Of a stretch of 34,345 nt of DNA, positions 10,901-17,760 are shown in pieces. The notes beneath the pieces are model-generated. The model searched no databases, was not told the DNA's origin, and saw only the letters and a program-made list of their open reading frames with translations. The stretch is taken from NCBI GenBank assembly GCA_037446815.1, contig JBBIHX010000015.1:1-34345 (forward strand). The letters run 5' to 3'. The translations under genes and the position numbers were made by a program. Every line of letters begins with the position of its first letter. Position 1 is the stretch's first letter. The DNA is from Caldilineae bacterium. GTDB lineage: Bacteria > Chloroflexota > Anaerolineae > DTLA01.

Positions 10901-11034
10901 GTGCGCCCCTCCCCGATGGGCTTGTGGAGCGGGAAGCGTCGCGCTTCCTCGGCTGCGGCCAACCGCGTCGGCAGCAGCAGCCCCCCAGCCGTCAACCCCG
11001 ATACTTTCAGGAAGTTACGTCGGCTGATCTCCAT
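7996..11034 (-). CDS. fdnG: Formate dehydrogenase-N-type alpha subunit, selenocysteine-containing (UGA at 10474-10476, ~1012 aa), Tat signal
   Basis: ORFs 10474..11079 and 7996..10461 are in frame across TGA: HQARI-U-HSATVAGLAATYGRGAMTNHW; SRRNFLK Tat motif; ALRGESNVQGSTD; GGAGGTG SD before ATG 11034. Confidence 0.95.
10425..10473 (-). promoter_or_regulatory. Bacterial SECIS element
   Basis: After UGA: upper stem GUGGCC-GGUCU-GGCCGC 12 nt downstream, lower stem CGGCCA/UGGCCG; the GGUCU resembles E. coli fdhF/fdnG SECIS apical sequence. Confidence 0.85.
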
Positions 11035-11154
11035 GCTAGTCTTCACCTCCGTTTGGGCTTTCGGATGCACTCGGCGCAAGCACTGTCAGTTATGTTCCCT
11101 AGTTCACCTCCTTGATGTTCACCATGAAACTTTGCATACGACATAGAACGCGAC

Positions 11155-11628
11155 TCAGGGCAGTTCAAAGGTGTTCAGCAGCGCCAGATGGGCTTTCTCC
11201 AGGTCGGCGCTGTGAATCACGCACGAGACCGTGGAGATGGACGTGCTGATGGCAAGGATGTTGACGCTCACCGACGCGAGGGCGTCAAACATCTGGCCCG
11301 CGATGCCGGGACGCTCCCGGAAGTCGGGGCCGAAGATGGACAGGATCGCCACGTCCGGGTTTGTGCGAACGCATCCGGCGCAGATTTGCGGGCTGACCCG
11401 ATTCACGAGGGCCATGGCCGCTGCCGCGTCGTCCTGGTCCACGCAGATCACGATGTGGTCGCGGTTTTCCGCATCCATGCACTGGACGATGAACTGGACG
11501 TTGATGCGGGCGTCGCCCAGCGACTTGAGCAGGGCAGCCGCAACCCCCGGCCTGTCGGGGACCGACAAGACGTCTATCTGGGCCAGATGGGTTCTGCGGA
11601 TGACGCCGCCGATGCGCGTCTTCTCCAT
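11155..11628 (-). CDS. Stand-alone tandem ACT-domain protein (aspartokinase regulatory/beta-subunit-like)
   Basis: VPDRPGVAA..INVQFIVQ and LSIFG..RPGIAGQMFDALA..VNILAISTS; AGGAGG SD before ATG 11628. Confidence 0.85.
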   Translation of the reverse strand: MEKTRIGGVIRRTHLAQIDVLSVPDRPGVAAALLKSLGDARINVQFIVQCMDAENRDHIVICVDQDDAAAAMALVNRVSPQICAGCVRTNPDVAILSIFGPDFRERPGIAGQMFDALASVSVNILAISTSISTVSCVIHSADLEKAHLALLNTFELP

Positions 11629-11695
11629 AAGGCCTCCTGGCCGCTTCAGGTTTCCCACAGGGGGATACAGCGCGGTGGTTGGCTCGCGGCCCGAA

Positions 11696-12076
11696 TCAGC
11701 CCCGCGCCAGCAGCGCCGCGATTCGCTCCTTGAGTTGCGCCGGGTTCACCGGCTTGGTGATCCACCCGTCCACCGGCACATCCCCGTCGGTAGGGAACAT
11801 CCCCGACTCCGGCGTAACGGTGAGGGAGGTAACGAGGAGCACGGGCGTCCCCTTGAGTTGCGGATCCTCGGCCATTTTGCGCGAGACGTCCACGCCATCC
11901 AGGACATAGGACATCATGATGTCCAGCAGCACCAGGTCGGGCTTGTCTTTCTTCATCATCTTCATGGCCTGGTCGCCGTTGCTGGCCGTGCTAATCTCGT
12001 ACCCTTCGGGCTGGAGGATGGAACGCACAACGGATACGAAATCGGGATCATCGTCTACGATCAGAATCTTCGCCAT
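11696..12076 (-). CDS. Single-domain response regulator
   Basis: MAKILIVDDD..LLDIMM..VTS..TKP; GAGGAGG SD. Confidence 0.92.
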   Translation of the reverse strand: MAKILIVDDDPDFVSVVRSILQPEGYEISTASNGDQAMKMMKKDKPDLVLLDIMMSYVLDGVDVSRKMAEDPQLKGTPVLLVTSLTVTPESGMFPTDGDVPVDGWITKPVNPAQLKERIAALLARG

Positions 12077-12109
12077 GCAGTGCCTCCTCTGGCTGCGGAT
12101 ATTGGGATT

Positions 12110-12481
12110 TTACGTGAGTCGCTGTACCGTTTCCAGGAGTTCCGCCGGTTTCACGGGCTTGGAAATCCAGCCGTCCACGGACAGGTAATCATCTGTGGGA
12201 AACAGCCCCGCGTGCGGCGTGTTGGCGATAGAGGTAACCATGACGATGGGGATGTGTTTGAGATTCGGGTCCTCACGGATGACCTGGCTGACGTTGAGAC
12301 CATCCAGGACTGTGGCCATCATGATGTCCAGCAGGATGATGTCGGGCCTGTCGGCGCGGACGCGCGCCAGCGCCTGGTCTCCGCTCGCGGCAGTGGTTAC
12401 CACATGGCCTTTGGACTCCAAGACCGTCCGGGCGATCTCCACAAAGTCCGGGTCATCGTCCACTACGAGCACCTTCGCCAT
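12110..12481 (-). CDS. Single-domain response regulator
   Basis: MAKVLVVDDD..LLDIMM..VTS..SKP; AGGAGG SD. Confidence 0.92.
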   Translation of the reverse strand: MAKVLVVDDDPDFVEIARTVLESKGHVVTTAASGDQALARVRADRPDIILLDIMMATVLDGLNVSQVIREDPNLKHIPIVMVTSIANTPHAGLFPTDDYLSVDGWISKPVKPAELLETVQRLT

Positions 12482-12543
12482 GTTGCCCTCCTTTCACATG
12501 AGCAGCGGGCCGCGGCTTCCGATGGGGACGATCGTCTACGCAT

Positions 12544-12572
12544 ATTATAGCACAAGATACGAAAAATGTCAA
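12544..12572 (-). promoter_or_regulatory. Consensus sigma70 promoter heading the receiver-ACT-fdn gene run
   Basis: TTGACA-17nt-TATAAT with TG extension on the minus strand. Confidence 0.85.
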
Positions 12573-12588
12573 TACCCTGCGACGAAAT

Positions 12589-12601
12589 TGCGAAAATCGC
12601 A
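12589..12601. promoter_or_regulatory. Candidate Lrp/AsnC (FFRP) operator TGCGA-AAA-TCGCA
   Basis: Perfect 5-3-5 palindrome with A/T centre, 16 bp upstream of the -35. Confidence 0.45.
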
Positions 12602-12620
12602 CAGAATGCCAGCCTCATGG

Positions 12621-12755
12621 TGTCATGCAGAGCCGAAGGCGAAGCATCTCAGGGCTTGCATCCACGGATCACACGGATTGCACGGATAGGGGAAGGTAGA
12701 GCAAGTTGGCAACTTGCTCCACGAGATTCTTCGCGGCTTCGCCGCTCAGAATGAC
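12621..12755. repeat. Composite repeat: family A arms enclosing a (CACGGAT)x3 unit and a GTAG palindrome (family E, 12696-12722)
   Basis: TGTCATGCAGAGCCGAAGGCGAAGCATCTC ... GAGATTCTTCGCGGCTTCGCCGCTCAGAATGAC. Confidence 0.85.
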
Positions 12756-12782
12756 GGTGGGGGGCGCACGGCCGTGCGGGGC

Positions 12783-13871
12783 TTACTGCCGGGGCAGGTA
12801 GTTCAGCGGGTTGCGCTGGATGCCGTCCTTGCGGATCTCAAAGTGCAGATGCGGGCCGGTAGATCGGCCCGTGGAACCCATCAGGCCGATGACCTCGCCC
12901 TTCCGCACCGATTGCCCAGGCTTCACATAGAAGATGCTGAAATGCGCGTAGAGCGTCTGGAAGCCGTTGCCGTGGTCAATCACCACGTACTTTCCGTAGC
13001 CGGTGTCGCTGGCTCCGACCAGGGCCACGTAGCCGGAGTCGGCAGCCACGATGCGCGTGCCCTCAGCCCACGTGATGTCTATTGCGCGGTGCAGTTCCCA
13101 GTAGCCCTGGGAAATGGCGCCCGTAGTGGGCCACACGAACGCGCCCGTGCCACGAGTCGCGCCTTCGGGAATCGGGCCGCTGTACACATGCACCACACGC
13201 GGCACGTAGGGCTTGCGCCCGCCGGGGACGATGACATACGTGCCAACCTGCAACTGCGGCGGGTCGCCCAGGTGGTTGTACTCGCACTCCAGGATGGCCG
13301 ACGGTTCCACCTTGTACTGCTTGGCGATGCTCTCCACCGTATCGCCCTTGACGACCTTGTGATACACCCCCGACACGGGCAGGATGACCAGTTCTTCGCC
13401 GATTTGCAGCAGGTCGGGGTTGAGTTCCAGTTGGGGGTTGGCCCACATGATGGTGTTGCCGCTGATGCCGAACTGTTCGGCGATGCCGTACAGCGTGTCG
13501 CCATACTGGACGGTGTAGGTGATGACTTCCTTGCGCGGGCGCTCGGGGATGGTGGTGTGGGGCACCGGCGCGCGATGGAACAGCGAGTCGTCGGTCGTGC
13601 GGATGCCGCCGCGGGCCGACAGGGCCGCATAGGGCCGAGGCTCCGTCTGCGCCAGCGCCGTGGCATCGGGGGCCGCTTGCGGTTTCGGCTGCGCCAGGAA
13701 TACGGCAGCGACGGCCAACGCCAACAGCGCCCCATGAGCGCCCAGGCGCAGGAGCGTGTGCCGCGCTCTACCAAGCGACTCGCGCAATCGCTTGCCTGCG
13801 AGGGTCAGGCCCCTTGGGGTCTGCGGCGCGCCCGTTGCGCCGTCCTCGCGCTCTTGGCTTGTGTCCGCCAA
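12783..13871 (-). CDS. LysM x2 + M23 metallopeptidase
   Basis: YTVQYGDTLYGIA, HKVVKGDTVESIA; HRAID and STGPHLHFE; N-terminal TM. Confidence 0.92.
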   Translation of the reverse strand: MADTSQEREDGATGAPQTPRGLTLAGKRLRESLGRARHTLLRLGAHGALLALAVAAVFLAQPKPQAAPDATALAQTEPRPYAALSARGGIRTTDDSLFHRAPVPHTTIPERPRKEVITYTVQYGDTLYGIAEQFGISGNTIMWANPQLELNPDLLQIGEELVILPVSGVYHKVVKGDTVESIAKQYKVEPSAILECEYNHLGDPPQLQVGTYVIVPGGRKPYVPRVVHVYSGPIPEGATRGTGAFVWPTTGAISQGYWELHRAIDITWAEGTRIVAADSGYVALVGASDTGYGKYVVIDHGNGFQTLYAHFSIFYVKPGQSVRKGEVIGLMGSTGRSTGPHLHFEIRKDGIQRNPLNYLPRQ

Positions 13872-13894
13872 TTCCCTCTCCGTTGTGCCGTTGG

Positions 13895-15250
13895 TTACAG
13901 GATGTCTTTCGTAAGGGTCGCCAGGAACTCGCGGTTATTCCGGGTCTTCTGGAGGCGCTCCAGGATGGGCACGATGGCCTCTTCGCCGCCGCCGATGGCC
14001 GAAATCATTCGGCGCAACGTCCACACTTTCTGGAGCGTCTCGCGGTCAAGGAGCAACTCTTCGCGGCGCGTGCCGGAGCGTTCTATGTCAAAGGCCGGGA
14101 AGATGCGGCGCTCGGCGAGTTTGCGGTTCAGGTGCAACTCCATGTTGCCCGTGCCCTTGAACTCTTCGTAAATGACATCGTCCATGCGGCTGCCGGTGTC
14201 TACCAGGCACGTGGCGATGATGGTGAGGCTGCCGCCTTCTTCTATGTTGCGCGCCGCGCCGAAGAAGTGCTTGGGCGGGTACAGGGCGCTGGGGTCCAAT
14301 CCGCCCGACAGCGTGCGGCCGCTGGGCGGGACGACCAGGTTGTACGCCCGCGACAGGCGGGTGATGCTGTCCAGCAGGATGACGACGTCGCGCTTGCTTT
14401 CCACCAGGCGCTTGGCCCGCGCCAGGGCCATCTCGGCGACCTTGGTGTGCTCCTCCACCGGGTCATCAAAGGTGGAACTCACTACCTCGGCCTCCACCGA
14501 GCGGTCCATGTCGGTAACTTCCTCGGGGCGCTCGCCGATGAGGCACACCATGAGGTGCACCTCGCGGTGGTTGGCGCTGATGGCGTTGGCAATCTGCTTG
14601 AGGATGGTGGTCTTGCCGGCCTTGGGCGGCGAGACGATGAGGCCGCGCTGCCCCCTGCCGATGGGCGCCAGGAGGTTGATAAGGCGCGTGGCCAAGATGT
14701 CGGGCGTGGTCTCCAGGTTGAAGGCGCGGTTCGGGAAGATGGGGGTGAGCCGCTCAAAATCCGGGCGGCGTTTGGCCGTCTCCGGGTCCAGACCGTTCAC
14801 GGCCTCCACGCGCAGCAGGCCGTAGTACTTCTCCGTCTCTTTGGGCGGGCGCACCTGGCCGATGACGAAATCGCCCGTGCGCAAGCCAAATCGGCGAATC
14901 TGCGACTGGGACACGTACACGTCCTCGGGCCCGGGCAGCAGGTGGTCGGACCTGAGGAAGCCGATGCCCTCCTGCACGATTTCCAGCACGCCGCCGCCGA
15001 AGATGAGCCCCTGCTTCTCGGCGTTGGCGCGCAGCAGGCGGAAGACCAGGTCCGTCTTCTTCAGGCGACTGTAGCCCGAGATGCCCATGGACCTGGCCAT
15101 GTCCTGCAATTCGCCCAGCGTCTTCTCCTCCAGTTCCGCGATGTTCATGACGTTCTGGGCTGGCGGTGGTGGCGGGACTTGTGCGACTTGTCCGTTCTCT
15201 TCGGTCAATCGTTCTTCAGACATTCGTTCTTCGGTCATTCGTTCTTCCAT
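13895..15250 (-). CDS. rho: Transcription termination factor Rho
   Basis: DVYVSQSQIRRFGLRTGD, PPKAGKT, LLDSITRL, EEFKGTGNMEL, SGTRREELL. Confidence 0.97.
   Translation of the reverse strand: MEERMTEERMSEERLTEENGQVAQVPPPPPAQNVMNIAELEEKTLGELQDMARSMGISGYSRLKKTDLVFRLLRANAEKQGLIFGGGVLEIVQEGIGFLRSDHLLPGPEDVYVSQSQIRRFGLRTGDFVIGQVRPPKETEKYYGLLRVEAVNGLDPETAKRRPDFERLTPIFPNRAFNLETTPDILATRLINLLAPIGRGQRGLIVSPPKAGKTTILKQIANAISANHREVHLMVCLIGERPEEVTDMDRSVEAEVVSSTFDDPVEEHTKVAEMALARAKRLVESKRDVVILLDSITRLSRAYNLVVPPSGRTLSGGLDPSALYPPKHFFGAARNIEEGGSLTIIATCLVDTGSRMDDVIYEEFKGTGNMELHLNRKLAERRIFPAFDIERSGTRREELLLDRETLQKVWTLRRMISAIGGGEEAIVPILERLQKTRNNREFLATLTKDIL
15198..15247 (-). repeat. 15-bp tandem repeat (x3.3) in rho 5' end encoding EERMT/EERMS/EERLT
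   Basis: TCTTCGGTCAATCGT TCTTCAGACATTCGT TCTTCGGTCATTCGT TCTTC on + strand. Confidence 0.85.
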
Positions 15251-15498
15251 GACAATAATGTATTGAGACTTGCGTCGCAGGCGCTCAGGGAATTACGAAA
15301 AGCGTAACAAGAGGATTCACGAGAGGGCACCTGCTTCACGCGCTTGTCTCTCCCCTGTCTGGCAGTCCCATATGCGACTGGCCCCAATATGCTTGCCCCC
15401 GCAACGTTCCTCCGGCCTCTGGAGACGGAACGGATGGGGGTCAACGGATACGCCGCGCACCGATACGACGAGGACCTGCCGGAGCCTTGACATATCCT

Positions 15499-15527
15499 AG
15501 TATAGCATACTTTTCGCGGTTAGTCAA
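15499..15527 (-). promoter_or_regulatory. rho promoter
   Basis: TTGACT-17nt-TATACT with TG extension; -35 overlaps the glpX 3' end. Confidence 0.7.
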
Positions 15528-16506
15528 ATCGGATTTGGCTAATCTGCATCAGTTTGTCCCAGCGGTGGGTGGCCTCAATGTAGCGCACCGTACCCGACTT
15601 GGACCGCATGGATAGGGAGTAGGTCTTGGCCCCATGGCCGAAGTAGCGTACTCCCTTGAGCAGTTCGCCGTCGGTGATGCCGGTGGCCGCGAAGAAGATG
15701 TTGTTCCCCGCTACCAGGTCGTCAATGGTGAGCACCTTGTCCAACTCGCGGCCGTTTTCTAGGGCCCAGCGGCGCTCGTCGTCGTTGCGCGGCCAGAGTT
15801 TGCACTGCATGTCTCCGCCGATGCACTTGAGGGCGCACGCGGTGATGACGGCCTCGGGCGAGCCGCCCACGCCCATGAGCACGTCCAAGCCGGTGTCTTC
15901 AATGGCCGCCATGAGGCCGCCGGAGATGTCGCCATCGGTAATCAACTTGATGCGCGCGCCGCACGCGCGGATGTCGGCGATGAGTTTCTCGTGGCGCGGG
16001 CGGTCCAAAACCACCACGGTGAGATCGTCCATGTCCTTGCCTTTGGCCCGAGCGATGGCGCGCAGGTTGTCGGCCACGGGCGCGTTGATGTCAATCGCGC
16101 CTTTGGCCTCCGGCCCGACGGCGATCTTGTCCATGTACACGATTTTGCCGGGCGCGTACATGGTGCCGCGCTCCGAAAGCGCCACCACCGACAGCGATCC
16201 GGGCCTCCCCAGCGATAGGAGCCGCGTGCCGTCAATGGGGTCCACGGCGATGTCCACCAGGGGCGGTTCGCCCGTGCCCAACCGCTCGCCGTTGTACAGC
16301 ATGGGCGCCTCGTCTTTCTCCCCCTCGCCGATGACGATGACGCCATCCATCTGGATGGTGTTGAGGACCAGGCGCATGGCGTCTACCGCGGCCTGGTCCG
16401 AGCCTTCCTTGTTGCCGCGTCCCATCCAGCGGGCCGAGGCCAGCGCCGCCGCCTCGGTTACGCGGACCAGTTCCATGGCGATGTTGCGGTCGGGTACGGT
16501 GTTCAT
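15520..16506 (-). CDS. glpX: Class II fructose-1,6-bisphosphatase
   Basis: ELVRVTEAAA, VIGEGEKDEAPML, DPIDGT, LDRPRH, ATGITDG. Confidence 0.96.
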   Translation of the reverse strand: MNTVPDRNIAMELVRVTEAAALASARWMGRGNKEGSDQAAVDAMRLVLNTIQMDGVIVIGEGEKDEAPMLYNGERLGTGEPPLVDIAVDPIDGTRLLSLGRPGSLSVVALSERGTMYAPGKIVYMDKIAVGPEAKGAIDINAPVADNLRAIARAKGKDMDDLTVVVLDRPRHEKLIADIRACGARIKLITDGDISGGLMAAIEDTGLDVLMGVGGSPEAVITACALKCIGGDMQCKLWPRNDDERRWALENGRELDKVLTIDDLVAGNNIFFAATGITDGELLKGVRYFGHGAKTYSLSMRSKSGTVRYIEATHRWDKLMQISQIRFD

Positions 16507-16537
16507 CGGTTTACCTCCCCAATAGGATGGCTGAAAT

Positions 16538-16610
16538 TCACCGCAGAGAACGCAAGAACGCGGAGAGATACAGAATAGACTTTGCGTTCCTTGCGCCCTG
16601 TACGGTTCAA
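16538..16610. repeat. Family F purine-rich repeat pair (TTCACCGCAGAGAACGCAAGAACGCGGAG and degenerate inverted copy)
   Basis: Similar to units at 26912-27129. Confidence 0.6.
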
Positions 16611-16668
16611 AATGACCCGCGAGAGCCTACCAGCACCGAACAGGGAGACTATCCACAAATTGTAGCGC

Positions 16669-16806
16669 GAGATTCCTCGGCGCTCCGCGCCTCAGGAATG
16701 GCAGCCTCATCGTGTCATGCTGAGCCGAAGGCGATACCCCCTCGCCCTTCGGGAGAGGGCTGGGGTGAGGGCCGAGATTCTTCGGCACTTCGGACCTCAG
16801 AATGAC
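16669..16806. repeat. Family A units (16669-16703, 16713-16733, 16774-16806) with a family C unit (16739-16771) nested between arms
   Basis: TGTCATGCTGAGCCGAAGGCGA ... CCCTCGCCCTTCGGGAGAGGGCTGGGGTGAGGG ... GAGATTCTTC..CTCAGAATGAC. Confidence 0.85.
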
Positions 16807-16842
16807 GGTCGGGCACGCCTTGCCGCGCGGCGTCGGCCTGCC

Positions 16843-16982
16843 GGTTTCATCTTGTGTGGGTGAACCGCAGGCGCACTCTCCTCGTGTGTCGTTGCGAGCG
16901 AAGCGAAGCAACCTCACGCCCCAGAGATTGCTTCGGGCGCTCCGCGCCCTCGCAATGACAAATGCCAACAGACTTTGGAACC
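16843..16982. mobile_element. MITE-like element copy 1: imperfect outer inverted repeats around a TGTC(A/G)TTGCGAG (family B) doublet
   Basis: Collinear with 33148-33358; ends GGTTTCATCTTGTGTGG / CCAACAGACTTTGGAACC; 14-bp direct repeat TCGGCCTGCCGGTT at 16833 and 16991. Confidence 0.55.
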
Positions 16983-17002
16983 GACTCCCATCGGCCTGCC
17001 GG

Positions 17003-17032
17003 TTGACGTTCTCCCCAGGGCGGTGCTACAAT
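17003..17032 (+). promoter_or_regulatory. Sigma70-type promoter
   Basis: TTGACG-18nt-TACAAT with TG extension. Confidence 0.6.
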
Positions 17033-17066
17033 CCCGCGCAGCGCCAACCCAGAACGGAGGAGACGC

Positions 17067-17741
17067 ATGGAGGCGTACCGCATCCTGGAACAGGTCTTTC
17101 GCGACCGGAAAACGTTCTACGCGAGCGTGCAGAAAGGTGCGAACGCCATTCGGCAAAGCGCGTGGGCGGCGGTGGTCTGGGCCGCGGCCCTGCTCATCTT
17201 CGGCGCTGTCATGGGTGTTCCTGGCGGAGTATACTACATGCTGGCCTCGGCAATCAAATTGCCGCTGGTGGTCGCGCTGGTAACCCTGGCGGCGCTGCCC
17301 CTCCTGCACTTCTTGGCGCTTTACTCCGGCGTCTCCATAAGCGCGTTTCAGACGGCGCACCTCGTGAGCGGCATGCTGGTCATCGTGTCGGTGCTGGCGC
17401 TGGCATTCGCGCCCGCGCTGTTGGCGCTGTGGATTTCCGTGGGCGACTACGGCCTGTACAAGATCGCCTGCGCGGCGGCGCTCGCCCTGTGCGGCGCGCT
17501 GGGGATCCTCTTCGCCAAGCAGGGGCTGGACCGGATGGCCAAGGCTCCCTCCCGCGCGCGGGAAACGTTGTTCTGGGTGTGGGCAGCGGTGTACGCGCTG
17601 GTGGCCGGGCAGGTGGCCTGGCTGGCGCGCCCGTTCATCGGTTCGCCCAACGCGCCGTTCCAGTTCCTTCGCGGCGCGGGCGGCAGCCTGTACCAGGAAC
17701 TGGCGCGCTCCGCGTGGCAACTGCTTCTCTCCCTGTTCTGA
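17067..17741 (+). CDS. Hypothetical integral membrane protein (about 5 TM)
   Basis: GGAGGA SD; hydrophobic helices; conserved-looking SAIKLP and Q.AW..RPFIG.P motifs. Confidence 0.75.
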   Translation: MEAYRILEQVFRDRKTFYASVQKGANAIRQSAWAAVVWAAALLIFGAVMGVPGGVYYMLASAIKLPLVVALVTLAALPLLHFLALYSGVSISAFQTAHLVSGMLVIVSVLALAFAPALLALWISVGDYGLYKIACAAALALCGALGILFAKQGLDRMAKAPSRARETLFWVWAAVYALVAGQVAWLARPFIGSPNAPFQFLRGAGGSLYQELARSAWQLLLSLF

Positions 17742-17760
17742 AGTCCCTGTTCTGACGGCG

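Noticed and set aside
7996..11079. fdnG as pseudogene or two genes
   Set aside because: In-frame UGA at the Sec position with a SECIS
8740..11115. Long antisense ORFs (791 aa here; also 13814..15307, 21847..23436, 29936..31405, 2018..3310)
   Set aside because: Shadow frames of high-GC genes with no recognisable motifs
16649..16657. DnaA-box-like CTATCCACA
   Set aside because: Single mismatched box, no cluster or AT-rich unwinding region
16627..16968. Short ORFs in repeat-filled gaps (also 33051..33509, 33080..33424, 12566..12754) and N-terminal extensions of eno, xerD and radC
   Set aside because: They translate repeat sequence (e.g. [11 protein letters not shown]); real starts have SD sites further downstream
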